25,170 nt of DNA, from positions 1-25,170 of the IMG/VR virus record IMGVR_UViG_3300025381_000101. The stretch is one strand, 5' to 3'. Shown piece after piece: positions 1 through 9,290 of this stretch; position 1 is the first letter of the stretch, and each line of letters opens with the position of its first letter. Source of the stretch: a virus (taxonomy: Duplodnaviria; Caudoviricetes). Made by a program: the position numbers and the translations under genes. The notes beneath the pieces are model-generated. The model was not told where the DNA came from and ran no database searches. It worked only from the letters and a program-made list of their open reading frames with translations.

Positions 1-1
1 A

Positions 2-2671
2 ACATATACTGCTGCTACATTGCTTACTACATCAGCAACAGCTAATTCTCTAGGCACTGGTTATTTGGTAAATGACCCACTTACAGTAGTAGGCGGAACA
101 AATACAGTACCAACTGTTTTAACTGTAACAACTGTGCAGGCGGTGTCAGCTGCTATCAACTATGGCGGTATGAATTACGCTAATACAAATACACTTACAT
201 TTGGTACAGTTGGTGCAGATTGGGTTGTTCCGTTAATATTAACTGTTAGATCAAATTCAGGCGGTCTTATAACTGAAGTAGAGATTACACAACCCGGTCA
301 ATATAAAGGTGCTACACCACCAACTACCGCCGTAGCCCAGACAACTACAAATGGCAGTGGCACTGGTGCTACTTTCAACTTTGTATGGGGTGTAGATACT
401 GTTACAGTTTCAACTCCAGGTAATTACACAGTTTATCCAAATCCAGCTGTTAATGTTGCAGTCACTGGCGGAAATGGTAATGGCGCAACATTTAACCTAA
501 CTTCTGGGTTCTTGTCTAGTGATAGCTTTGCTATTACATTGCCAGGCTTAACCCCTGTTATTGTTAATGTGCCTGCTTCTACAAGCCCGTCAATTGCTTA
601 TGCTACATTGTCACAAGTGGTAGCTGCTATTAACAATTGTTCAATTGGTTCAGCTAATCAAGGTCCAATAACTGCATCTATTAGTACAAGTAACCAATTA
701 GTAATTACCAACACAAATGGTACTGCGTTTACACTAACGGACTACAGAGGTCGTCCGTTGTTCACAAACTCAGGTATAGCATCGGGCGTAACATTTGCTA
801 GACAAATGGTATATCAAGGCTACCAGCCCACACTTCAACCACCTGCGTCATTATCAGCTATTGCTGCTAACAACGTATGGATTAACACAACCTCTGGCGG
901 TTTAGGTGCTAATATGGTTGTGAAAAAATATTCAAGTGGTGAATGGCTTGTTGAAAATACAACACCTAATACAGGTACCGTCCCACTATACAGCACACCT
1001 GGCGCTGCTGACACTGCATTTGGCGTACTCAAAGCAATTGGTAGCATTTTTGGTCAGTATAACTATTATGGCGAATCGCCAGCTACTGCAAACATTACCT
1101 TGCTACGTTGGGATGGTGCTGAATGGGCGCCACTAAATTATGTACCAAGCTTACTTGCTCCAAAAGGACCTCCAACTAACGGAACTCTTTGGTATAATAC
1201 TCAGTTGCAGGTAGATATTATGGTTAACAACGGCCAAGAATGGCTGGGTTATAAAAACATGTATCCTGGTACAGATCCAAATGGACCAATATTAAGTTCT
1301 GCTACACCATCAACACAAAGCACAGGCGCGCCACTAGTTGATTATGATATTTGGGTAAACACAGATATTGTACCATACCCTGCAATTTATCGTTACAACG
1401 CTACAAATGCGTCATGGGGACAGATTGACAATACAGATCATGTGGACAGCGCTGGAATTATATTTGCTGATGCTCGTGCTACAGCTAACGGCATGTCAGA
1501 TGGACCTACTGCGCCGTCTGCAATGGTACAATCTAACTGGGTAGATTCAGATGCTCCCGAAGCTTTACTATATGCCCCGTATATTTTATTATTCAATACA
1601 CGTTACAGTACATACAATGTAAAGCAATGGGTTGTAAACTATTTCCCACAAAATTATGGTACAATGTACCCAACAGATACCTGGGTTACATTTAGTGGCA
1701 ATGCTCCAGATGGGACACCTTACATGGGATCAGCTGCTCAGCGTGCAGTTGTTGTTGATGCACTAAATGCTGCATTAGTCGCCAGCACAGATGCAAGAGC
1801 TGAACAGAATTACTTTAATCTTATATCGACTCCTGGTTATCCAGAATGTATTGCTGAAATGTTAAACCTCAATATAGACAAGAATAACGTTGCATTTGTA
1901 ATAGGTGACACACCGTCAACATTGCAACCAACAGGTACCAGCATTCAAAATTGGGCAACCAATGCTGCCAATGCTGCTACTAATAGCGATAAGGGTCTAG
2001 TAACTCATAGTTCGTATCTAGGTCTATGGTATCCTTGGGGGCTAACAGCAGATCTGCAAGGAAACAATGTTGTAGTACCTCCAAGCTTGATTGCCCTTAC
2101 AACTATAGCTTATAGCGATTCTGTGTCGTATCCTTGGTTTGCACCTGCAGGATTCAATCGTGGATTGGTAAGTGCTGTGTCGAGTGTTGGTTACCTTGAT
2201 GCATCCGGCAATTATGTCCCAGTAATACTTAATCAAGGACAACGCGATGTGCTATATACCAATGATATCAATCCAGTTGCATATATGCCTGGGCGCGGAC
2301 TAGTTGTCTGGGGACAAAAAACACTTGATCCAGTTGCAACTGCACTAGATCGGATTAATGTAGCAAGATTGTGCTGCTATTTGTCATATAACTTAAACAA
2401 TCTAGCTCAGCCTTTCCTGTTTGAACAAAATGATACAACTACACGAGCGCAAGTAACAGCAGTGTTTACATCTTATTTGCAATCATTAGTTGGTCTGAGA
2501 GCACTATATGATTTCTCAGTCGTGTGTAATTCTAGTAATAACACACCGGCAACAATTGATGCTAATCAGCTATGGATAGATGTTGCTATTCAACCAGAAA
2601 TAGCAATAGAGTTTATCTATATACCAGTTCGAGTATTGGCAACAGGTGCGCCATTAACAAAAACAGCCTAA
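2..2671 (+). CDS. gp18: Contractile tail sheath protein (T4 gp18-like), 5'-partial, with large Gly/Thr-rich inserted domains
   Basis: Frame is open from the window start. The C-terminus has sheath motifs: PWFAPAGFNRG, QRDVLYTNDINPV, VVWGQKTL, ALDRINVARL, FEQND, IAIEFIYIPV. Confidence 0.93.
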   Translation, partial: TYTAATLLTTSATANSLGTGYLVNDPLTVVGGTNTVPTVLTVTTVQAVSAAINYGGMNYANTNTLTFGTVGADWVVPLILTVRSNSGGLITEVEITQPGQYKGATPPTTAVAQTTTNGSGTGATFNFVWGVDTVTVSTPGNYTVYPNPAVNVAVTGGNGNGATFNLTSGFLSSDSFAITLPGLTPVIVNVPASTSPSIAYATLSQVVAAINNCSIGSANQGPITASISTSNQLVITNTNGTAFTLTDYRGRPLFTNSGIASGVTFARQMVYQGYQPTLQPPASLSAIAANNVWINTTSGGLGANMVVKKYSSGEWLVENTTPNTGTVPLYSTPGAADTAFGVLKAIGSIFGQYNYYGESPATANITLLRWDGAEWAPLNYVPSLLAPKGPPTNGTLWYNTQLQVDIMVNNGQEWLGYKNMYPGTDPNGPILSSATPSTQSTGAPLVDYDIWVNTDIVPYPAIYRYNATNASWGQIDNTDHVDSAGIIFADARATANGMSDGPTAPSAMVQSNWVDSDAPEALLYAPYILLFNTRYSTYNVKQWVVNYFPQNYGTMYPTDTWVTFSGNAPDGTPYMGSAAQRAVVVDALNAALVASTDARAEQNYFNLISTPGYPECIAEMLNLNIDKNNVAFVIGDTPSTLQPTGTSIQNWATNAANAATNSDKGLVTHSSYLGLWYPWGLTADLQGNNVVVPPSLIALTTIAYSDSVSYPWFAPAGFNRGLVSAVSSVGYLDASGNYVPVILNQGQRDVLYTNDINPVAYMPGRGLVVWGQKTLDPVATALDRINVARLCCYLSYNLNNLAQPFLFEQNDTTTRAQVTAVFTSYLQSLVGLRALYDFSVVCNSSNNTPATIDANQLWIDVAIQPEIAIEFIYIPVRVLATGAPLTKTA

Positions 2672-2673
2672 TT

Positions 2674-2699
2674 AAAAAGGGAGCGAAAGCTCCCTTTTT
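2674..2699. terminator. Rho-independent terminator, probably bidirectional
   Basis: AAAAA-GGGAGC-GAAA-GCTCCC-TTTTT immediately after the sheath stop codon; GNRA tetraloop. Confidence 0.9.
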
Positions 2700-2736
2700 A
2701 ATTGATTATATTATAGGTATAAGTAATAATTATATT

Positions 2737-2931
2737 ATGGCAAACGCACGGTCAGCTAGTAGGGTACAAACTCTTGAAATGCAATTAGAAGAAGCTATTC
2801 AAATGCTGAGATTAGTAGCAGCTAATAAACGCACTAATCTAGAAGTAGAAGAATGGTTAAATCTTACATACCCTGCGTCTAATAACAGCGATATTACGAT
2901 CGCATCATTATTAGGACTAGGGAAGGAATAA
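2737..2931 (+). CDS. Small hypothetical protein (64 aa)
   Basis: ATG at 2737 downstream of the terminator (MANARSASRVQTLEMQLEEAIQML...). The ORF-track start at 2572 overlaps the sheath gene and terminator. Confidence 0.6.
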   Translation: MANARSASRVQTLEMQLEEAIQMLRLVAANKRTNLEVEEWLNLTYPASNNSDITIASLLGLGKE

Positions 2932-2938
2932 TGCATTC

Positions 2939-3226
2939 ATGTCCGATGATAGCACGATAATAGAATTGCAAGATTCGTGTAATCGAATTTTTTACGAAAC
3001 AGTAACCAGTACATATGCTCAATTATTAGAAATTACTGATGAAAAAAATGCGATTAATATTTTAGTTGCTGGAATATCTACGAATCTAGGTCTAATTTTA
3101 GCGCAATTGCCAACTGAAATGCAAAAAGAATATACGGTTATATCTCATCAAATTATTGATAAAAGCATTTCGTCGACTATTAAAAATATATCATATTTAA
3201 ATTATGGACAAATTGGACATGCTTAA
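2939..3226 (+). CDS. Hypothetical protein (95 aa)
   Basis: ORF tightly packed between neighbours, with AGGA upstream; no recognisable motif. Confidence 0.6.
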   Translation: MSDDSTIIELQDSCNRIFYETVTSTYAQLLEITDEKNAINILVAGISTNLGLILAQLPTEMQKEYTVISHQIIDKSISSTIKNISYLNYGQIGHA

Positions 3227-3788
3227 GGAAATAAATTTAGACTTTGATGCTTTTAGTAGCGGACAGATTTCAAGCAAACTATGGCTATGCCAAGAACTTG
3301 AAAAATTAAACAACAAAACACCTAGCATAATCTGGATTTACGGCGGATGGTATGGTATAGCTAGTTTGCTTCTCTTAACAAGGGAGAAATTTCCTGTTAA
3401 ACATATACGCAGTTTTGATATAGATCCAGCATGTGAAACTATTGCAGACAAATTACTGGAAAATTGGGTATGGCAAGAATGGAAATTCAAAGCCGTAACA
3501 GCAGACTGCAACGATATTAGTTTTTCTAATGAGAAACCAGATTTGGTAATTAATTGCAGTACTGAACATTTTACTTCTATAGAATGGTTTAACGGTATAC
3601 CATCAAATACATTAGTAGCCTTACAAAATAACAATATGCAACATAACGATCATTATTCATGTTATGACACATGCGACGAATTTGCTGATGAATATAAGTT
3701 AAAGACGTTAAAATATAAAGGTACATTAGATTTTACATATCCTACCTGGAAATTTTCTCGATTTATGATAATAGGTAATAAACAATGA
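3219..3788 (+). CDS. Class I SAM-dependent methyltransferase-like protein
   Basis: Motif I-like IYGGWYG, acidic SFDIDP strand, ADC, DLVINCSTEH. Start is 3219 or 3204. Confidence 0.75.
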   Translation: MLKEINLDFDAFSSGQISSKLWLCQELEKLNNKTPSIIWIYGGWYGIASLLLLTREKFPVKHIRSFDIDPACETIADKLLENWVWQEWKFKAVTADCNDISFSNEKPDLVINCSTEHFTSIEWFNGIPSNTLVALQNNNMQHNDHYSCYDTCDEFADEYKLKTLKYKGTLDFTYPTWKFSRFMIIGNKQ

Positions 3789-4339
3789 CTGATTTTATTA
3801 GGAAATTAAATTATACTTCTGACACAACCGCAGTGATGCTTGATCTAAACCATATTCTTACAAATTTCGCCAGTTGGGAACCAGATAACCAATTAGGACT
3901 CCGTCATAGAATAAATTCAGCAAACCAATGGAAAGATTCTGTTGGAGGATTGTATGACAAGGTGCAAAAAGTTGTTATTGCTACTGAGTTTGATTTTAAC
4001 AAATGGAATGATAATTGTCCTTTATATACTAAATCTATTCTAGAAGAATTGGGAAAAAATGAAGGGGTGTCATGGGGAAGAATACGATTTATGTTATCTA
4101 GACCAAAAACTGGTTTGAGTATGCATACTGACGCAGAACCAAGGTATCATCTGGTGATACAAACAAACGATAATTGCATATTTGGCGAATGCTTTAAAAA
4201 TAGTAATGTAAGATCAATAGGATATCATATACCAATGGATAGTCATTGGTATATGATAGACACTACTAGAGAGCATTTTATTTACAATGGTGGATGGAGC
4301 CCTCGTATTCATCTGGTTTGCTGTCCAACAACTCCTTAA
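3785..4339 (+). CDS. 2OG-Fe(II) oxygenase, aspartyl/asparaginyl beta-hydroxylase-like
   Basis: HxD...H triad (MHTD...DTTREH), RYHLVIQTN, C-terminal NGGWSPRIHLV. ATGA overlap with the methyltransferase stop. Confidence 0.75.
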   Translation: MTDFIRKLNYTSDTTAVMLDLNHILTNFASWEPDNQLGLRHRINSANQWKDSVGGLYDKVQKVVIATEFDFNKWNDNCPLYTKSILEELGKNEGVSWGRIRFMLSRPKTGLSMHTDAEPRYHLVIQTNDNCIFGECFKNSNVRSIGYHIPMDSHWYMIDTTREHFIYNGGWSPRIHLVCCPTTP

Positions 4340-4379
4340 CTGATACAAGCAGTGCGAATTTAAAATTAACCGTCTGTCA

Positions 4380-4385
4380 TAAATA
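4380..4385 (+). promoter_or_regulatory. Putative late promoter (TAAATA)
   Basis: Core of the T4 late consensus TATAAATA, upstream of the GGAGG SD of the tube gene. Confidence 0.55.
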
Positions 4386-4411
4386 GTTTTACAATAACGG
4401 AGGTTATAACA

Positions 4412-5071
4412 ATGGCAATTGGACCAAATAGTATAGACGGGCAAGCCCCAGGATACAGCACAGTAAATTCGTTTGGAGTCCCTATACTTAATACTGGAAT
4501 TGGCATTCTCATGCCAAAACTCAAACATCGTTTTCGAATTATAGCTTTTGGATTTGGAACAAACTTTAATAATACTAATATTTTTACACAACAAGTTGTA
4601 ACCGCTGGACGTCCAAATATTCAGTTCAATAATACTGAATTACACAGTTATAACAATATTACATACATTGCACAAAAACCGCAATGGCAGACTATCGAAA
4701 TTACGCTTAGAGACGACATTACCAATTTGGTAACAAGTCTAGTCAGTGCCCAAGTGCAGAGTCAAATGAATCATTATACTCAATCTGCAGCGCCAGCTGG
4801 TATAAATTATAAGTTCTCTATGTTGATCCAAACTTTGGACGGCACAGTTGGTGGAGCAAATGGTTCGGTATTAGAAAGCTGGTATTTAGAAGGATGCTAT
4901 TTAGAACAAGTTGCATATGACAGTCTAGATTATGCAAGTTCTGATGCAGTTGCATTAACACTTACTGTACGTTATGATAATGCAACACAAGGAGATGAAT
5001 TAACCTTATCATCAGTACTGCCAAGTAACTTCTTTGGTTTCAACGAGTCGTCTGGCAATAGTCCAGTTTAA
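4412..5071 (+). CDS. gp19: Tail tube protein (T4 gp19-like)
   Basis: LMPKLKHRFRI, RPNIQF, WQTIEITLRDD, ESWYLEGCYL, LDYASSDAVALTLTVRYDNA; GGAGG SD; downstream of the sheath gene. Confidence 0.85.
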   Translation: MAIGPNSIDGQAPGYSTVNSFGVPILNTGIGILMPKLKHRFRIIAFGFGTNFNNTNIFTQQVVTAGRPNIQFNNTELHSYNNITYIAQKPQWQTIEITLRDDITNLVTSLVSAQVQSQMNHYTQSAAPAGINYKFSMLIQTLDGTVGGANGSVLESWYLEGCYLEQVAYDSLDYASSDAVALTLTVRYDNATQGDELTLSSVLPSNFFGFNESSGNSPV

Positions 5072-5093
5072 TATACCAAATAACTAACGTTAT

Positions 5094-5120
5094 AAAAGCG
5101 GTGCAATTGCACCGCTTTTT
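5094..5120. terminator. Rho-independent terminator
   Basis: Perfect palindrome AAAAGCGGTGCAATTGCACCGCTTTT followed by a T run. Confidence 0.88.
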
Positions 5121-5126
5121 CTTTAC

Positions 5127-5132
5127 TAAATA
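5127..5132 (+). promoter_or_regulatory. Putative late promoter (TAAATA), 5 nt before the ATG
   Basis: Lies directly after a terminator; no SD between it and ATG 5138. Confidence 0.6.
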
Positions 5133-5137
5133 TATGT

Positions 5138-6238
5138 ATGAGTGGTACAACATCATTAAACATAAATGGCACTAATTTAGGAAAAATTAATTTAAGATCA
5201 CCTAGAATAGCATCTAGGGCGTTTGGTACAACAAACCCCGGTCAATTAATGACAGCAGTTCCTAGAGTTAAATTTGAATTTTATGTCCAATTTATATTAA
5301 GCCCAGATGCAAGTAACATGGTATTGCCGTCACCTGGGGCCAAATTGAATGAATATAATTCTCAACGTGGTATTACGTTTAAATTGAAGGACGTTGATAA
5401 ACCAAAGATAACATTACTAACCGAAGAGCTCAACCAATATAATAAAAAAGTAATGGTCTATAAAAAGATAGATTATGGCGAAGCATCAGTAAAAGTATAC
5501 GATACTGTTGATAACAGCATTTTATCTACTTGGATAGACTATTTTACGTATTATTTTGCCGATAGTAGAGTAAAGTCTGGCCAAAATGGAATGGCACCTG
5601 CAGCAGCTTATGCGCAATCTCCAGTAGAGGCTAATATGATTTGGGATTCGGGTTGGGGTTTCCAGCCATTGGTCAACAACCAGACAAATTTCTTTACAAA
5701 CATAACAGTATATGCATTATTTGCCAATACTTATACGGCATTTAGTTATATCAATCCCAAAATAACAGGTATTGACTGGGGATCATACGACTACGCATCA
5801 AGTGAACCAGCCGACGCGTCTATATCATTTAAGTATGAAGCGATTAATTATTTTGCATTTGGACAACCAATATCTAACGCCAGCAACTTATACGGTGTTA
5901 TGGATAATTTTGGATTTACAAACGACGATTTTACTTTATCTGTAAACTCTAATCAAACAGCATCAGTTACAGCATTGGATTCTGCTATTCCTCGAATCTT
6001 TGGTAATTCAACTGCAACGCCTAATACCACAGCAGCGCCAGTTGCACAATCAAACAATATTTCAAATCCCAATAATGTTACACCGTCTGCTGCAGATGCT
6101 GCTTCTCAAGCTGCTGCTGAGGCAGCAGCAGCACTTTATAGTACCGCGGGAATTGCACCAGGTGCAACTATTCCAAATCCAATTTCTACTTCTTCTACTA
6201 TAAACCAAATTATAGATTTTGGTAGTCAGTTTGTATAA
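5138..6238 (+). CDS. Tail-tube-fold protein (gp19 paralog or gp48/gp54-like tube initiator) with Ala/Ser/Thr-rich C-terminal tail
   Basis: VDKPKI..TEELNQYNKK...KIDY..VKVYD and INPKITGIDWGSYDYASSEP..ISFKYE parallel the motifs of the adjacent tube gene. Confidence 0.6.
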   Translation: MSGTTSLNINGTNLGKINLRSPRIASRAFGTTNPGQLMTAVPRVKFEFYVQFILSPDASNMVLPSPGAKLNEYNSQRGITFKLKDVDKPKITLLTEELNQYNKKVMVYKKIDYGEASVKVYDTVDNSILSTWIDYFTYYFADSRVKSGQNGMAPAAAYAQSPVEANMIWDSGWGFQPLVNNQTNFFTNITVYALFANTYTAFSYINPKITGIDWGSYDYASSEPADASISFKYEAINYFAFGQPISNASNLYGVMDNFGFTNDDFTLSVNSNQTASVTALDSAIPRIFGNSTATPNTTAAPVAQSNNISNPNNVTPSAADAASQAAAEAAAALYSTAGIAPGATIPNPISTSSTINQIIDFGSQFV

Positions 6239-6263
6239 GTTTAATATTTAATAGGACTCCTAT

Positions 6264-6740
6264 ATGGCGATAAATTTTACGGCACAAACTATACAGCAAC
6301 AAATTGCACAACAGAGTGGACAAATTGCGATAACTCAAAGAGGTGGGGGATTTCAATATGTAAATACTCTTACTGGTAAACCGTTAAACTTGCCACCGGT
6401 TTCGTCTGCGTTACTTAATAATCCAATTACCAGTAAAAATCCTAATCTTTCAGCACAAGCATTGGCATTAGCTAAAGGCTATTATTCTAATAGCAATGTG
6501 CCTGCTGCATTAGTTGAATCTATAGCATCGGTAGCTGCATACATATCGTCTACTCAGGGCGTGCCAATTGGAAATTTATTTAACCAAAATGGCGTTACAA
6601 TGGCATTTTTGCAAGCATATAATGCTTTTTCTCCTTTAGGTTCGCAAATAGGCTTAGCATCTATCAATAAATCCCCTGCATGGGAAAATAATCCAACACT
6701 TCGCGGATCAATAGCAGCAGCGCTAACGGATCAAGCATGA
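6264..6740 (+). CDS. Hypothetical virion-module protein (158 aa)
   Basis: AGGA SD; ATGA coupling to the next gene. Confidence 0.65.
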   Translation: MAINFTAQTIQQQIAQQSGQIAITQRGGGFQYVNTLTGKPLNLPPVSSALLNNPITSKNPNLSAQALALAKGYYSNSNVPAALVESIASVAAYISSTQGVPIGNLFNQNGVTMAFLQAYNAFSPLGSQIGLASINKSPAWENNPTLRGSIAAALTDQA

Positions 6741-7186
6741 GTAAGTATAGCCAAGACGAATTTGTTCCTAAAAATCCGCAAAAATTGGTTGGCAATGCTC
6801 GGCCATTTTACAGATCTAGCTGGGAATTAAGAGTAATGATGTTGTTGGATCAACATCCTAATGTAATAAATTGGGCAAGTGAGAGTATTACCATACCATA
6901 CAAAAGTCCATTAGATGGGAAAATGCACAGATACATCCCAGACTTTCTCATTGTGTATAAAGATAAAACTGGGAAAGAACGTGCAGAATTAGTTGAGGTA
7001 AAGCCTGCAAAGGAAGCAATAGCAGAAAATGCTAAAAGTAAACGTGATAGAACAGCTTTATTACTCAACACTGCCAAATGGGGCGCAGCTATGATGTATT
7101 GTAAAAAGAATGGGCTAACCTTTCGTATATTAACAGAAGATCAAATTTTTGTAAGCAAAGGTAAGCAAATTAAACACCGTAAATGA
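6737..7186 (+). CDS. gp4: Head completion protein (T4 gp4-like, TnsA-N-like PD-(D/E)XK nuclease)
   Basis: F.PKNPQK, YRSSWE, WASE.I.IPY.SPLDGK.HRYIPDF, LVEVKP, N.AKW.AA, FRILTED. Confidence 0.88.
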   Translation: MSKYSQDEFVPKNPQKLVGNARPFYRSSWELRVMMLLDQHPNVINWASESITIPYKSPLDGKMHRYIPDFLIVYKDKTGKERAELVEVKPAKEAIAENAKSKRDRTALLLNTAKWGAAMMYCKKNGLTFRILTEDQIFVSKGKQIKHRK

Positions 7187-7208
7187 TACAAATATCGTAT
7201 TATTGTCG

Positions 7209-7214
7209 TAAATA
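7209..7214 (+). promoter_or_regulatory. Putative late promoter (TAAATA), 5 nt before the ATG
   Basis: GTAAATACCTATATG; same spacing as at 5127; no SD. Confidence 0.55.
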
Positions 7215-7219
7215 CCTAT

Positions 7220-7687
7220 ATGGGAAAACAATTCACTAAATTAGAAGAAGTATTTGACTTGCCAGATATAGATGACGAGTCTAACACAGATGCCAACGAC
7301 ATCGAAGCAGCACTTGCACAGGCTAACGATTTAGAAAAGCAATTTGATCAAATGAGTGGATATGATCAACATGATATCGAAATGGACGAACTTGCTGGTT
7401 TAGCGATACAGGCGCACAAAGATCTACAAGATCTCGGCATGAATGTTGAAGTTAGGCACGCAGGAGAAATATTTTCTAGTTCTAGTCAAATGCTTAAGAT
7501 CGCAGTTGATGCTAAAAATTTAAAAGTTGAGAAAAAGTTAAAACTTTTGAGGTTACAGATGGAAAAGATGAAACTAGATCGTTTAGCAACATCTGCGTCA
7601 TCTAATACGCTTGATGGTACGGTAGTCGCTTTAGATAGGAATGAGATACTAAAACAATTGCGTCAAATGGGCAGCAGTGATAAATAA
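7220..7687 (+). CDS. Probable terminase small subunit (gp16-like)
   Basis: 155 aa; acidic N-terminus, central helical/coiled-coil region (RHAGEIFSSSSQMLK), C-terminal DRNEILKQL; upstream of TerL. Assignment rests on architecture and position. Confidence 0.5.
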   Translation: MGKQFTKLEEVFDLPDIDDESNTDANDIEAALAQANDLEKQFDQMSGYDQHDIEMDELAGLAIQAHKDLQDLGMNVEVRHAGEIFSSSSQMLKIAVDAKNLKVEKKLKLLRLQMEKMKLDRLATSASSNTLDGTVVALDRNEILKQLRQMGSSDK

Positions 7688-7708
7688 AAGACATAGGAGC
7701 CGCCTAAC

Positions 7709-8497
7709 ATGAAGAATTTCAAGGAGTATCTAGCAGAAAGCTCAAAAGATCACAACTATGTGATCAAGTTTTCACAGCAGCCGACCGAAGAACAGATCCA
7801 GATTATCGGAGAATGGCTAAAAAGATATGATTTACGGTCAATCACATTGCCAGAAAAAGTTCCTATGGATCATAAAGATTTTATTGATATACCTAACAAA
7901 GATGTATATAGCATGTCATTTACTGTTGGTACACCTTGCGTGTCTTATATTCTTCAACAAGATCTACGTGTTTGCACAAACATACCTGAAAAGTATATTG
8001 TGGTACGAGGCGCTAGCGAGCCAATTGAACGTTATGCTGAGTACGATGTTTGGAGTAGACTGCAAGATGCTGCGGCCGAAAAAGATAACGACGCGCATGC
8101 TGCACGACTTAGTACAAATAGAGAATACAATGCATCTGAGCAACCACCTGTAGAACCTTTATTTGGTAATGAATATAACAAAAATTTATTAACATATCTA
8201 GCAGGTGTTGCAAATAGCCGCCCAAGCATGGAAGTTGAGCCATCAGCACCTCTATTCAGTTGGCTGCAAATGGAAGATATTGCCGCCGGAGAGCCAATTC
8301 AAGATACCAGCGACTTTAACGCACAATTTGATACACCTAAACCTACTACAACCGGCGATGATCGCAAACCGGTAGATGACAAATATACCAATAGCAAAGG
8401 CACCATGTCTGATAATTCTATCCCAAAGATAAAGTTCTTTAAGGATCCAAAAACCGGCAAGGCCAAACAAGTGGTGCAACCAGTGGAGAAGAACTAA
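7709..8497 (+). CDS. Hypothetical protein, possibly head-internal (N-terminus MKNFKEYLAE)
   Basis: AGGAG SD; TAAATA at 7681; the N-terminus resembles the T4 capsid-targeting sequence MKTYQEFIAE. Confidence 0.7.
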   Translation: MKNFKEYLAESSKDHNYVIKFSQQPTEEQIQIIGEWLKRYDLRSITLPEKVPMDHKDFIDIPNKDVYSMSFTVGTPCVSYILQQDLRVCTNIPEKYIVVRGASEPIERYAEYDVWSRLQDAAAEKDNDAHAARLSTNREYNASEQPPVEPLFGNEYNKNLLTYLAGVANSRPSMEVEPSAPLFSWLQMEDIAAGEPIQDTSDFNAQFDTPKPTTTGDDRKPVDDKYTNSKGTMSDNSIPKIKFFKDPKTGKAKQVVQPVEKN

Positions 8498-8498
8498 G

Positions 8499-9239
8499 AT
8501 GGAAAGAAAATATCAGCTTTCAGTCACAAGTGACACAACCGATATAAATGTAAACAGCGTAGATGCAGATGAAGTTGCTCGTATAGTTCAACTAGCAGGT
8601 GTTGTTGAACCCCGCAACCCGCAAGCAACTATTAATGTAACCCCAGCAGATCCTATATCAGCTTCACCAGTAGCATCTAATATTGCCAACCCAATTGACC
8701 AACCAGAGATAGATCCAGAATTTGATGCAAATATGGATATGATGCGTAAGAATGCTGGTATGCCTGCTGTTCAAAGAACTAATGTTGTTAAAAATCCAAA
8801 CATTGATACTGCTCTAGAGCCGTCTATGGATACAACTGTTGATACTGATATAGACGATAGTATGCAAGACGAAATGGATGAGATGCTGACACTAGATGAA
8901 GATGTTGCTGAATATGATTATGGTCATCGTAAATTTAAAGATGAGGGCGAAGAAATTGACGAGCCTGATTTGATATGGCAGGCTGTTGAAAATCCACAGA
9001 GAATTAAAGGTAGTCCGGGTGACAATGGTCTTATACAAGAATTACATTCGCAACTGATTGCAGATTATGCTAGTTATCTTGCAGAAACAGAACGCGAAAA
9101 TGATACAGGTGTTATGAGTCCTCTCAGTGATCCAACTAAACCAAGTTTTGATAAGGATCCACTCAGCGATGAAGATCCTGTAGATGACGGAAGTCATAGT
9201 CCAATGAGTACCATTGTGAGACAATACGCTTTTAAATAA
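8499..9239 (+). CDS. Acidic low-complexity hypothetical protein (possible prohead core/scaffold-type)
   Basis: 246-aa D/E/P-rich ORF, GGAG SD, 1 nt after the previous stop. Confidence 0.65.
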   Translation: MERKYQLSVTSDTTDINVNSVDADEVARIVQLAGVVEPRNPQATINVTPADPISASPVASNIANPIDQPEIDPEFDANMDMMRKNAGMPAVQRTNVVKNPNIDTALEPSMDTTVDTDIDDSMQDEMDEMLTLDEDVAEYDYGHRKFKDEGEEIDEPDLIWQAVENPQRIKGSPGDNGLIQELHSQLIADYASYLAETERENDTGVMSPLSDPTKPSFDKDPLSDEDPVDDGSHSPMSTIVRQYAFK

Positions 9240-9290
9240 TGAATATGCGATCCTCCAATGATGCCGGCTTTTATCAAAGGAGAATAAATA

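Noticed and set aside
2572-2736. ORF-track N-terminal extensions at 2572, 17639 and 22999
   Set aside because: They overlap upstream genes or a terminator; downstream ATGs at 2737, 17726 and 23017 fit better.
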